The notes under the pieces were generated by a model. That model was not told the DNA's origin, did no database searches, and saw only the letters and a list, made by a program, of their open reading frames with translations. A stretch of 64,000 nt of DNA, taken from the NCBI GenBank assembly GCA_020725805.1, contig DYEF01000046.1, positions 36,573-100,572 on the forward strand, in the 5' to 3' direction. Position numbers and translations under genes: made by a program. Position 1 is the stretch's first letter. Each line of letters begins with the position of its first letter. Positions 45,537-54,277 of the stretch are shown piece by piece. This DNA is from Bdellovibrio sp. (lineage in GTDB: Bacteria > Myxococcota > SpSt-1050).

Positions 45537-46468
45537 AAAAGGGTATCTTTCTGCTTTTATATATTGTTGTTCTGCTTTTGCTCATTGAAGCGGCCTGCAG
45601 GCTTTTTATGAGCCCTGTTTATATAGGCATTGAGGACCTGAAGAATTTCAGAAAGCCCGTTAATCTTGGTGAAAACAGAGCCGGCATAAAAATAGCAATG
45701 CTTGGTGACTCCTTTACATATGGTTCGAAGGTCAACGATGAGGAGACCAGCTCTTTCTATCTTGCTGAAATATTAAGAGAGAGACTCGGAAGGGAAGATA
45801 TATATGTGGAGAATTTCGGTATATCCGGTACCTCTACGGTAGAGCAGTATTACATATTCGAAAGGTATATTAAATCCTCTGATTATGACTTTGTGGTACT
45901 GAACTTCTTTATTGATGATTTCACACCGTATTATTACAACAACTCTGTTCTCAACCCGTATATTTTCTGCAGAGAGTATGAAGAAGGAGCTGAAAGACTC
46001 TTATATTATCTGAACAGACTGAGGTTCGTTGAGATGTCAATAGTTTATACAGATTTGTTTATTACTTATATGCACGCAGGAGTTTCTTTGACACCGGTTT
46101 CTTATATGATACAGAAGATGATGGAGAAGGATTCTCTGAGATACAGATGTGCCAGGGAACTGCTGATTAAGATGGGAAAAGAGATAATACAAAGTAATAA
46201 AAAGGGTATCTTTGTCTTGATTCCATCGCTCACTTTATATGATTTTCAGAATCCCTATCCCGAAGAGATTGCCGGATACGAGACAATGGCAATGCTGACT
46301 GCAAAGAGAAGCGGTTTTGAGATAATCGATACTCTCACTGAGCTTAGAGATGTACTCGACCAGAGACTGATAATTCAGAACGATATACATTACAATGCAA
46401 GAGGATATGAACTGATTGCGAAACTGATCGCAGACAGAATTCTCGAGATGATGAAGAAACAGATATGA
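45533..46468 (+). CDS. SGNH/GDSL-family hydrolase (esterase/acyltransferase) with N-terminal TM anchor
   Basis: Block I IAMLGDSFTYGS, and block V NDIHYNARGYELIA (DxxH). ATGA overlaps on both sides. Confidence 0.7.
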   Translation: MKKGIFLLLYIVVLLLLIEAACRLFMSPVYIGIEDLKNFRKPVNLGENRAGIKIAMLGDSFTYGSKVNDEETSSFYLAEILRERLGREDIYVENFGISGTSTVEQYYIFERYIKSSDYDFVVLNFFIDDFTPYYYNNSVLNPYIFCREYEEGAERLLYYLNRLRFVEMSIVYTDLFITYMHAGVSLTPVSYMIQKMMEKDSLRYRCARELLIKMGKEIIQSNKKGIFVLIPSLTLYDFQNPYPEEIAGYETMAMLTAKRSGFEIIDTLTELRDVLDQRLIIQNDIHYNARGYELIAKLIADRILEMMKKQI

Positions 46469-47814
46469 AAAGCATACTGATTGACAAAGTAGAGACAGAC
46501 CCGCTTATTCATTACGGAGGCATCTTTAATGATATCGGGACAATACTCGTTCTGCATCTGCTCTCGTTTCTGGTCTTCATTCCTTTTGTAAAAGGAAAAA
46601 GATACTGCAATTTCCTCTTCTTTATTTCCTCTCTGATGCCGGTACTGAATATATATTACAGAAACCATCATCAGTTTGTAGGCGGAGTCTTTCTGGGACA
46701 TCTGCTGCTTATACTCGGCACTCTGTTAGTGGTCTTTCTTGCATATTGTGGCTTCGAGACTGCTGATACAAAATGGCGCATCTTCCGGGAAAAGAAGATT
46801 TTGCTCCCCTTAATCCTGATTTTCTTTCTTATCAGGGCTGTCTTTGTCTTTGGCTCAAGACCAACTGATTCCGGTATATTTTCGGGTGTTGGCGGAATTC
46901 TATATCTAAACGGCAGCTCTATGTTTAGAGACTACTGGGGCGTGGTTTCAATCGGTTCGAGATACGGACCAATGCTATACCTTGCATATCTTCCATTTGT
47001 CCCCATTGCATATATTACAAAACATCTGTTATGGGGAGATGCTCTAACACATTGGAACTCTGTCTCAGACGTCCCGCTTGCAGTTGCGACCTCATTTACC
47101 GGTGCACTTTTCTACGAGGGGCTTATACTCTTCATACTTATTAAATCGTTCAGAAAATTTGGTTACTATGTAGCACTTTTATATCTTCTGAATCCATTAA
47201 ACTCCCTCGTTCTGTCCGTAAATGCCAACGAACTGCCGCAGACCGCACTTTTTATAACGGGGATATATTTGTTGAGAAGCCCATTAAAATCGTCTCTCTT
47301 CTTCGTCCTCTCTTCTCTTATGAAGATATATCCGGTTCTCTCCGCTCTGCCGTTTGTATTTGCTTATGATTCGAATAAGAGGAAGAGATTTTTCTTCTTT
47401 CTGGTTCTCTTTTTTGCAGCAGGTTTTGGTTACTGGCTCTTTGAGGCCACACTCTCGCCACCTGAACTGAGGACCAACCCGGTAAGGGATATACTCTTCT
47501 ATCAGTCCGACCCCGGGCGTTACCATTCACTATGGTATTTTTCGGATATACTGCTCGGGAAGATTCTGACCTTATTTGTGATAACTGCAACGTCAATGCT
47601 AATCTTTATGGCCGGTTTTATGGTTTACAGAAAGAAGGGCAGATTTGCTCCGCTCAGACTCTCTGTAATAGTTGTCGCTTTATTGATAATAACCAACCGC
47701 TCCCCGCACCCGGGATATTATTACTTTATGCAGACCCTGCTTTTTTATCTCTTTTTCACATTTCAGGAGGAGCTAGGCGGGCCGGACCCAAAGGATGTCG
47801 GCGGTATTCCCTGA
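46465..47814 (+). CDS. Polytopic membrane protein, GT-C/DUF2029-like putative glycosyltransferase
   Basis: 449 aa with more than 10 TM segments. GSRYGPMLYLAYLPFVP-type loop. Last gene of the coupled plus-strand operon. Confidence 0.45.
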   Translation: MKSILIDKVETDPLIHYGGIFNDIGTILVLHLLSFLVFIPFVKGKRYCNFLFFISSLMPVLNIYYRNHHQFVGGVFLGHLLLILGTLLVVFLAYCGFETADTKWRIFREKKILLPLILIFFLIRAVFVFGSRPTDSGIFSGVGGILYLNGSSMFRDYWGVVSIGSRYGPMLYLAYLPFVPIAYITKHLLWGDALTHWNSVSDVPLAVATSFTGALFYEGLILFILIKSFRKFGYYVALLYLLNPLNSLVLSVNANELPQTALFITGIYLLRSPLKSSLFFVLSSLMKIYPVLSALPFVFAYDSNKRKRFFFFLVLFFAAGFGYWLFEATLSPPELRTNPVRDILFYQSDPGRYHSLWYFSDILLGKILTLFVITATSMLIFMAGFMVYRKKGRFAPLRLSVIVVALLIITNRSPHPGYYYFMQTLLFYLFFTFQEELGGPDPKDVGGIP

Positions 47815-47973
47815 TAGTTTTTCTGAACTTATAAACAGATCTGTATTGCCGGATACCGGTTTGCAGTCGGTTTGTATCGCAGAAAGCATAAGGATTCGTG
47901 AAATTCGGGAGTCAATTTTGCTTGTATTTGCTGATTTGATAATATATTTTTCTGCTGTTTAAGGAGGTTATCT

Positions 47974-48963
47974 ATGCAGGAATTAAAATCCGGTACAAGA
48001 GAGCTGATGCAGTTTTATGACTGCGATGAGATGAGAGATTATTTCAGGAAGAAGGACAAATCACTCAGGAGCAAACTTACAACTGTTTCGGATGCCGTCA
48101 AAAATCTTATCTCCGATGGAGAATACATCGCTGTCGGGGGATTCGGGGGTGTCAGAATTCCTACCGCTGTCCTGCACGAGATAGTCAGGCAGAGAAAGAA
48201 GAATCTTGGTCTCTCCGGCCATACGGCTACCCACGACTTTCAGATTCTCGTGGCCGGCGAGTGCATCAACAGGTGTGATATTGCATACATAATCGGGCTC
48301 GAGGCAAGGGGACTTTCCTCGAATGCCAGAAAGGCAGTGGAGACAGGGAAGGTAAAAGTGGTCGAATGGACAAACGCCGCGCTCGCATGGAGATACAAGG
48401 CGGCAGCAATGGGAGTACCTTTTTTGCCTGCGAGAAATATGATGGGGACGGATGTCTTCAGGTATTCTGCCGCAAAGGAGATCGAATGCCCGTTTACAGG
48501 GAAGAAGCTTGTGGCGTATCCGGCACTTCATCCGGATGTGGGGATTATCCACGTTCACAGGTCAGATATCTATGGTAACTGTCAGATAGACGGAATTCAG
48601 ATTGCAGATTACGAGATGGCGAGGGCTGCAAAGAAACTCATTATTACAACCGAACAGATAGTTCCTACCGAGTCTATCAGAAACGACCCGACAAGGACTA
48701 TAATTCCGTATTATCTCGTAGATGCCGTAATCGAGGTTCCTTTTGGTTCTTACCCGGGTAATATGCCTTATATGTACTATTCCGATGAAGAGCACCTGAA
48801 GGAGTGGCTCGAGGCCGAAAAAGACCCGCAGAGGTTTAAGGAATTTCTCGATAAGAACATTTACAATGTGAAGGATTTTTATGAATACGTCGAGATAAAC
48901 GGTGGTCTCAAAAAACTTCACAAGCTGATGCAGATCGAGAAACTCACTAAAGAAGGGAGGTAA
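47974..48963 (+). CDS. CoA-transferase subunit A (glutaconate CoA-transferase GctA-like, family I)
   Basis: AAGGAGG at 47961-47967. DGEYIAVGGFGGVRIPTAVLHEI motif. Paired with a B subunit 2 nt downstream. Confidence 0.75.
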   Translation: MQELKSGTRELMQFYDCDEMRDYFRKKDKSLRSKLTTVSDAVKNLISDGEYIAVGGFGGVRIPTAVLHEIVRQRKKNLGLSGHTATHDFQILVAGECINRCDIAYIIGLEARGLSSNARKAVETGKVKVVEWTNAALAWRYKAAAMGVPFLPARNMMGTDVFRYSAAKEIECPFTGKKLVAYPALHPDVGIIHVHRSDIYGNCQIDGIQIADYEMARAAKKLIITTEQIVPTESIRNDPTRTIIPYYLVDAVIEVPFGSYPGNMPYMYYSDEEHLKEWLEAEKDPQRFKEFLDKNIYNVKDFYEYVEINGGLKKLHKLMQIEKLTKEGR

Positions 48964-48965
48964 TT

Positions 48966-49739
48966 ATGGCAGATTATAATTCAATGGAACTGATGATATG
49001 TGTTGCATCGAGATTTCTTGAAAACGGTGCGACCGTTGTGGTCGGGACCGGAGCCCCCTGTGCAGCGGCGATGCTCGCCCAGAAGATGCACGCACCTAAT
49101 CTGATGGCCTTTTTTGAGGCCGGTGCCTTTGCTCCCATTCTGCCTACAATGCCGATATCGGTCGGTGATTCAAGGACCTTCCACAAGGCGCTTATGGCAT
49201 CCGGAATGCTCGAGACGATGGAGGCCTGTCAGAAGGGTATGGTCGATTACTGCTTCCTCGGCGGTGCCCAGATCGATATGTACGGAAACCTGAACAGTTC
49301 AATGATAGGGATCGACTATGAGCATCCGAAGGTAAGATTTCCGGGCTCGGGCGGGGCAAATGACCTGGCATCCCTCACATGGAGGACAATGGTCATTACT
49401 CCGCAGGATTCGAGAAGGTTTGTCGAGAAGGTGGATTTTATAACCTCACCGGGATATCTTACAGGGAAGGGAGCAAGGGAGAAGGCAGGTCTTCCTAAAG
49501 GGAGCGGTCCTTATAAGGTCGTTACGAATATAGGTGTTCTGGGGTATGATGAAGAGACCTGCAGAATGAGAATCGAATCAGTTCACCCGGGATATTCCGT
49601 GGAGGATATAAAGAAGAATACGGGTTTTGAACTCCTGCTTGCAAAGAAGATTACGGAGACGGCAAAGCCGACCGAGGAGGAGCTGAGAGTCCTGAGGGAG
49701 CAGGTTGACCCGTACAAGTATATAATAGGCAGAGGTTAA
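48966..49739 (+). CDS. CoA-transferase subunit B (GctB-like)
   Basis: VVGTGAPCAAAMLAQKMHAPNLMAFFEAGAF (candidate catalytic Glu region), GGAQIDMYGNLNS, FPGSGGANDLA. Confidence 0.75.
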   Translation: MADYNSMELMICVASRFLENGATVVVGTGAPCAAAMLAQKMHAPNLMAFFEAGAFAPILPTMPISVGDSRTFHKALMASGMLETMEACQKGMVDYCFLGGAQIDMYGNLNSSMIGIDYEHPKVRFPGSGGANDLASLTWRTMVITPQDSRRFVEKVDFITSPGYLTGKGAREKAGLPKGSGPYKVVTNIGVLGYDEETCRMRIESVHPGYSVEDIKKNTGFELLLAKKITETAKPTEEELRVLREQVDPYKYIIGRG

Positions 49740-49742
49740 ATA

Positions 49743-49771
49743 TTGATTTTTACTAAAGCAGGATATATCAT
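49743..49771 (+). promoter_or_regulatory. Sigma70-like promoter candidate (TTGATT-17 nt-TATCAT)
   Basis: TTGATT at 49743-49748 and TATCAT at 49766-49771, followed by AAGGAGG at 49783-49789 and ATG at 49795. Confidence 0.35.
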
Positions 49772-49794
49772 TTAGTCCATCCAAGGAGGAATTG

Positions 49795-50283
49795 ATGTCC
49801 AGAAAACATACGCACAAGACGAGTCTTAAGGAGTATCTCTCAACCTACAATTTTACAAAGACGAGCAATATCAGGAAAGAGAAGGGAAAACTCTATCTCC
49901 CGAACGTCTATTGTCACAACGGACACAGGCTTATTACATCTGAGGAATTGTTTGACGGATTTAAGGCTATAAAGATTCTCGCAATTCAGGAGACCGGCGG
50001 CAGGTATATTTACTATGTGTCTCCGATTATTAACGACCCGAGACTGATAGGTCCGGACCTTCCGGATAAAACCCCACTCAAACTCTGCTGTCCGACCTGT
50101 CACGAGGAGCTGCAGCCACTTATTCCCTGTACCTGCAGACCCGGTGCGATGAGAAGGGCCCTCTTCCTGACTCCGAAGGGGAAGAAGAGTTCTGCCGTCG
50201 GTGTCTGTGATACCTATGGTTGTCCGCACTCATTTGTGATCGATGAAGGCGAGATAGTTTACGAAGTAGTGGAAGAAAAGTAA
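49795..50283 (+). CDS. Hypothetical Cys/His-rich (zinc-ribbon-like) protein
   Basis: CHNGH ... CCPTCHEELQPLIPCTC ... CDTYGCPH. No family recognised. Confidence 0.45.
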   Translation: MSRKHTHKTSLKEYLSTYNFTKTSNIRKEKGKLYLPNVYCHNGHRLITSEELFDGFKAIKILAIQETGGRYIYYVSPIINDPRLIGPDLPDKTPLKLCCPTCHEELQPLIPCTCRPGAMRRALFLTPKGKKSSAVGVCDTYGCPHSFVIDEGEIVYEVVEEK

Positions 50284-50309
50284 AAAACCAGAAAAGGGAA
50301 ATAAAATAT

Positions 50310-50633
50310 ATGCATCAGGACAGAAGAACATCTCCCCGCGTCCCTGTCGATGTGGGTGTCAAGAGAAAAGGCAGTCGTTTCTTTGTGAAGTATAACGGTG
50401 ATGTCAGCACGAACGGTGTCTTTCTTAATACTGCGATTCCGCTTCCCAAAGGTGAGAAGGTAGAGATCGAACTTACCATCGGCGGAGAACATCTTCATCT
50501 TGGCGGCGAAGTCCTTGCCCAGCGGCCGGAGGAGGCCGGACTCGGTGTAAGTGTGATCTTCTCAAATCTGAAGGAAGAGGAGAGAAAAAGGATCGAGGAA
50601 TATATCAGTTCTGTTTGTGTAGTAAAGAAATGA
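50310..50633 (+). CDS. PilZ domain protein (putative c-di-GMP receptor)
   Basis: RRTSPR (RxxxR) and DVSTNGVFL (DxSxxG) motifs, 107 aa. Confidence 0.75.
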   Translation: MHQDRRTSPRVPVDVGVKRKGSRFFVKYNGDVSTNGVFLNTAIPLPKGEKVEIELTIGGEHLHLGGEVLAQRPEEAGLGVSVIFSNLKEEERKRIEEYISSVCVVKK

Positions 50634-51178
50634 CTTCCCGGAAAATCAGAACCGGATTCTTTGTTCTCTTTGTGGTATCACTTTTCCTTTTGTTTGCGGT
50701 AAAACATATAACGGACAAGGCCAACGAAGAACTTGCGAGGGCTTCGGCATACTTCCCCGTATATCTGAATACACCGATGCCGGAGATTAGTCTGACAGAT
50801 ATAGAGGGCAGAAATATTACAGAGGAAGATCTAACCGGCAAAGTTGTGCTGCTCCATTTCTGGGCAACGTGGTGCAAATCCTGTGAGCAGGAGTTGTTTG
50901 GTATCTCGAAAATACAGACAGTAGAGGGTGTGAGAATCTTTTGTGTCTCCGTTGATGAAAAACCGGAGGATGCAGTAAATTTTCTGAAAGAGAGAAATCT
51001 TGGCCTGACACTTCTGTTTGACATAGAAGGTAAGGCTGCGAAGAAGCTCGGTAGCAGCAAATTTCCCGAGACCTACGTTGTAAGCAACAAAAAGATTCTT
51101 CTCAAGTTCGAAGGCCCGCGTAACTGGGAGGACAAAAATTTTACCGACTTTATTAAGAAAACCATCGAATCCCATTGA
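50630..51178 (+). CDS. TlpA/ResA-like periplasmic thiol:disulfide oxidoreductase (redoxin)
   Basis: ATG at 50630 in an ATGA overlap with the PilZ stop. TM anchor. VVLLHFWATWCKSCEQE (WCxxC). Confidence 0.8.
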   Translation: MTSRKIRTGFFVLFVVSLFLLFAVKHITDKANEELARASAYFPVYLNTPMPEISLTDIEGRNITEEDLTGKVVLLHFWATWCKSCEQELFGISKIQTVEGVRIFCVSVDEKPEDAVNFLKERNLGLTLLFDIEGKAAKKLGSSKFPETYVVSNKKILLKFEGPRNWEDKNFTDFIKKTIESH

Positions 51179-51217
51179 GGTCTTACCTTATAAGGTTTTT
51201 CCGTTTTGTGCGGATTT

Positions 51218-51246
51218 GACAAAATAAATAATTTTTAATATGTTGT
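51218..51246 (+). promoter_or_regulatory. Sigma70-like promoter candidate (TTGACA-17 nt-TATGTT) upstream of the sensor kinase operon
   Basis: TTGACA at 51218-51223 and TATGTT at 51241-51246, about 110 nt upstream of the kinase start. Confidence 0.4.
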
Positions 51247-51357
51247 AATTTTCCGGCAGGGTTTATTAATCCTTTTAAGATTATAATCACTGTATCGGGA
51301 GAGAAATATTTGTTTCAGCCATCTTTTTGAGAATATTCTGAATTTACAAGTTTGGAA

Positions 51358-53169
51358 ATGCTTTTAGGCAGACAACATTCCTTAATCCTTTTTTTCTTTC
51401 TGTTTTCTTATAATATTTGTTTTGGTGAAAGCAGGATTACTATTTCAGGAGAACATAAATTCTCGGCCGGAGATAATCTGGATTGGGCACTCCCGTCGTA
51501 TGATGATACCGGATGGCAGAAAATAAAAATACCCGGAAGCTGGCAGTCTCAGGGAATAAAATCCGATAACGGTATGGGATGGTACAGAATCCGTTTTGAT
51601 GCAAGGTCCCTTGCCGGACAGAGAGATTTAGGGGTTTTTCTGGGGAAGATAGGAGACGCCGATGAGGTCTTCTTTAACGGTGTAAAGATAGGCGGCGAAG
51701 GGGTTATAGATAAAGGCTTTGTGGAGGCTACCTATAAACAGAGACTTTACAGGATTCCGCAAAATCTGATTATGTATGGTCAGGAAAATCTTCTGGCTGT
51801 GAGAGTACTCAATACTTATCTCGGAGGTGGAATCAATGAAAGTAATATAGTGATGGGAAATTATAATGATCTGCTTGCCGATAAGATGATTTATGAGCAG
51901 AGAAGAAGTGATATCAATACGGCATTTCTGACTTTCTATACAGTCTTTTTTATCTTCTGTGTGCTAATGTATCTGTCGGGGGTGCGTGACAGCGGATATC
52001 AGGCATTTACACTGGTTGCTCTTATATATCTTTTGGGGTATTTGCTCAGTATGGATTTTTTCTGTGAGTTGAGAAGTGTGATTATTCAAAAGATGATATT
52101 TGTTCTGACCTCACTCCTGCCGGCGAGTTTTATGTTTTTTCTGAAAAAAGCTTTTAGGGAGAAATTCTCGCTTTATGATAAGGTTGTTTTGACCCTGATA
52201 ATACTTCTGTCTCTGATAATAGTCTTCCCGTTGAGTCTGAAAATGCACAGGTTTATTGTTTTTTTGTGGTCAATATTCACATTACAGGTGGTCTTTTTGT
52301 CGTTATACTATCTGGTAAAAGCGATTGTCCGCAGGCATCCGGAGGCATATATCTATCTAATAGGAGTTGTTTTTTTATCTCTTGGTGTAATTTATTGGAT
52401 AGCAGAGAATTTTGCAGTGATTAGCCCGTATGATATATATGGTTTTTCCTTTGCTGATTTTACTATGCCTGTAGCAATGTTGTGCTTTGTTTATGCAGTA
52501 GACCGGAGATTTGCAGCAACTGTCAGGACTCTCAAGGTCTTTGCAGACAAAATTCTCGTCTCGCAGGAGGAGGAACGTAAGCGGATTTCAATGGACCTCC
52601 ACGACGGGATAGGACAATCACTGATGTCTATCAAACTCAGACTGCAGATGTATGATGCAACAATTCCCGCAGAAAATACAGAGGGTCGGGAGGCGGTGAA
52701 GAATATTATACAGAATGTCTCTTCTACGATTCAGGAACTGAGGGATATTTCTATGAATATAAGACCATCGTTTATAGAAAATATGAGTTTATCCGAGATA
52801 ATTAACTGGTACGGGGAGCAGTTTGCAAGAAAGACAGGAATAGCGGTAAAGACAGATGTTGGGAGTATGACTGGTCAGATACCGGATAAGACAAAGGAAG
52901 GATTATTCAGGATATTTCAGGAGGCTCTTGGAAATGTAATGAAGCACTCGGGTGCAAGTCTTGTAAAGATTTCCCTGTCTCAGGGGAGCGGATTTCTCCT
53001 TCTTTCGGTTGAGGATAACGGAAAGGGGTTTGACTTATCGGAGATGAACAGGAAGACGGGGCTTGGGCTTTATACTATGAAGGAAAGGGCAGAGCTGCTG
53101 GGTGGTTTTCTTGAAATTGATGGTATACCTGAAAAGGGGACTGTAATAAAAGTGAGGATACCGGTATGA
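51358..53169 (+). CDS. Sensor histidine kinase, 7TMR-DISM type with HisKA_3/HATPase_c (NarL-partner class)
   Basis: Signal peptide plus an extracellular beta-sandwich-like domain (DDTGWQKIKIPGSWQ...GWYRIRFD), a 7-TM block, H-box MDLHDGIGQSL, N-box EALGNVMKHSGA, and G-boxes DNGKGF and GLGLYTMKERAELLGG. Confidence 0.85.
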   Translation: MLLGRQHSLILFFFLFSYNICFGESRITISGEHKFSAGDNLDWALPSYDDTGWQKIKIPGSWQSQGIKSDNGMGWYRIRFDARSLAGQRDLGVFLGKIGDADEVFFNGVKIGGEGVIDKGFVEATYKQRLYRIPQNLIMYGQENLLAVRVLNTYLGGGINESNIVMGNYNDLLADKMIYEQRRSDINTAFLTFYTVFFIFCVLMYLSGVRDSGYQAFTLVALIYLLGYLLSMDFFCELRSVIIQKMIFVLTSLLPASFMFFLKKAFREKFSLYDKVVLTLIILLSLIIVFPLSLKMHRFIVFLWSIFTLQVVFLSLYYLVKAIVRRHPEAYIYLIGVVFLSLGVIYWIAENFAVISPYDIYGFSFADFTMPVAMLCFVYAVDRRFAATVRTLKVFADKILVSQEEERKRISMDLHDGIGQSLMSIKLRLQMYDATIPAENTEGREAVKNIIQNVSSTIQELRDISMNIRPSFIENMSLSEIINWYGEQFARKTGIAVKTDVGSMTGQIPDKTKEGLFRIFQEALGNVMKHSGASLVKISLSQGSGFLLLSVEDNGKGFDLSEMNRKTGLGLYTMKERAELLGGFLEIDGIPEKGTVIKVRIPV

Positions 53170-53792
53170 AAATAAGAGTTGTAATAGCAGATGACCATAC
53201 TATTTTCAGGGAAGGGCTTTGCAAACTGCTTTCGAGCGAGAAAGAGATTGAGGTCTGCGGCTATGCGTCGGGCGGCAAGGAGGCTGCAGAGATTATCCGT
53301 AGAGAGAGACCAGATGTGGCTATACTTGATGTGTCAATGCCGGACAGGAACGGTCTCGAGTTGGCAAGGGAATTACTGAGAGAAAATACCTCAACAAAGA
53401 TAATTCTTCTTACAATGCACAGAGATTCCCTTACAGCCCGTAGTGCCATCAGCTGCGGCGTCTCCGCCTATGTGCTGAAAGATAATGCATTCGACGACCT
53501 GCTCTATGCAATAAAGACTGTATTTTCGGGAGGGGTCTTTCTCAGTCCTTCAATCGCAGCATTGCTTGTGGATGAGAATATCAGGGAGAAGGGGAAACAG
53601 ATTGGCCTTTCTGACAGAGAGAAAGAGGTCCTTATACTTATAGCCTCGGGGTTGAGCAATAAGGAGATTTCAAAAAAGCTCTTCATAAGCATAAAGACAG
53701 TTGAGACCCATCGTGCAAGGATAATGGAGAAGCTCGGTGCCCACAGCACTGCCGACCTTGTGAGATATGCCGTAAAATCCGGCCTTGTGTGA
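53166..53792 (+). CDS. NarL/LuxR-family response regulator
   Basis: Receiver domain (VVIADDH ... VAILDVSMPDRNG) plus a LuxR HTH (LSDREKEVLILIASGLSNKEISKKLFISIKTVETHRARIMEKLG). ATGA overlap with the kinase. Confidence 0.9.
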   Translation: MKIRVVIADDHTIFREGLCKLLSSEKEIEVCGYASGGKEAAEIIRRERPDVAILDVSMPDRNGLELARELLRENTSTKIILLTMHRDSLTARSAISCGVSAYVLKDNAFDDLLYAIKTVFSGGVFLSPSIAALLVDENIREKGKQIGLSDREKEVLILIASGLSNKEISKKLFISIKTVETHRARIMEKLGAHSTADLVRYAVKSGLV

Positions 53793-53875
53793 GACTGAAT
53801 CTCCGGAACCGACAGCCCTCTCTGTCAGGTTTTTACCCGACAAAAAATACAGGATTCCACGGATTCACAGGATTA

Positions 53876-54274
53876 ATGTATTTTAATAATCTACTGAATG
53901 TGGATAGTGTAAAAAAAATCCTGATAGCCGATGACCATAATATCTTCAGAAATGCATTAAAAGAATATCTGCATATGTGTTTTGACGTGGAGGTGGTTGG
54001 TGAGGCGGAAAACGGACAGGACGCAGTTGTAAATACTACAAAATTGCATCCGGATATCGTTCTTATGGACATCTGTATGCCTCAGATGAACGGCATCGAG
54101 GCCTGTCATATAATAAAGAGCAAAATGCCCGAAGTGAAGGTATTCCTTTACAGTTTTGACACAGAACTTGTTAAGGTTTGTGCAGGAAGGGAAAATGCCG
54201 ATGATATTTTTCCAAAAGATGAAATTTTTCAGAAATTAAAGGGGAATAATTTTATCAATTACAGAAAGGAGTAG
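53876..54274 (+). CDS. Stand-alone receiver-domain response regulator
   Basis: KKILIADDHNIFRNAL ... DIVLMDICMPQMNG. Start is uncertain: ATG at 53876 is preferred over the track start at 53789. Confidence 0.7.
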   Translation: MYFNNLLNVDSVKKILIADDHNIFRNALKEYLHMCFDVEVVGEAENGQDAVVNTTKLHPDIVLMDICMPQMNGIEACHIIKSKMPEVKVFLYSFDTELVKVCAGRENADDIFPKDEIFQKLKGNNFINYRKE

Positions 54275-54277
54275 GTT

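Noticed and set aside
7384-47814. RiPP (proteusin/polytheonamide-like) interpretation of the multi-B12-rSAM cluster.
   Set aside because: - There is no Nif11/NHLP-type or other precursor ORF, no leader peptidase, no transporter with a peptidase domain, and no epimerase or dehydratase genes.
- The only Cys-rich candidates carry Sec/lipobox signals.
- The idea is not fully excluded, since small ORFs under 60 aa were only scanned by eye in intergenic gaps, but it is less parsimonious than a lipid/glycan role given the IDS, UbiA, GT2 and GT-C genes.
51179-51205. Possible intrinsic terminator after the redoxin gene (ACCTTATAAGGT followed by TTTTT). Weak hairpins after 3332 (minus strand) and at 38534-38547 were also considered.
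   Set aside because: - The stems are only 4-6 bp, AT-rich or lacking a proper loop or T-tract.
- None is convincing as a Rho-independent terminator.
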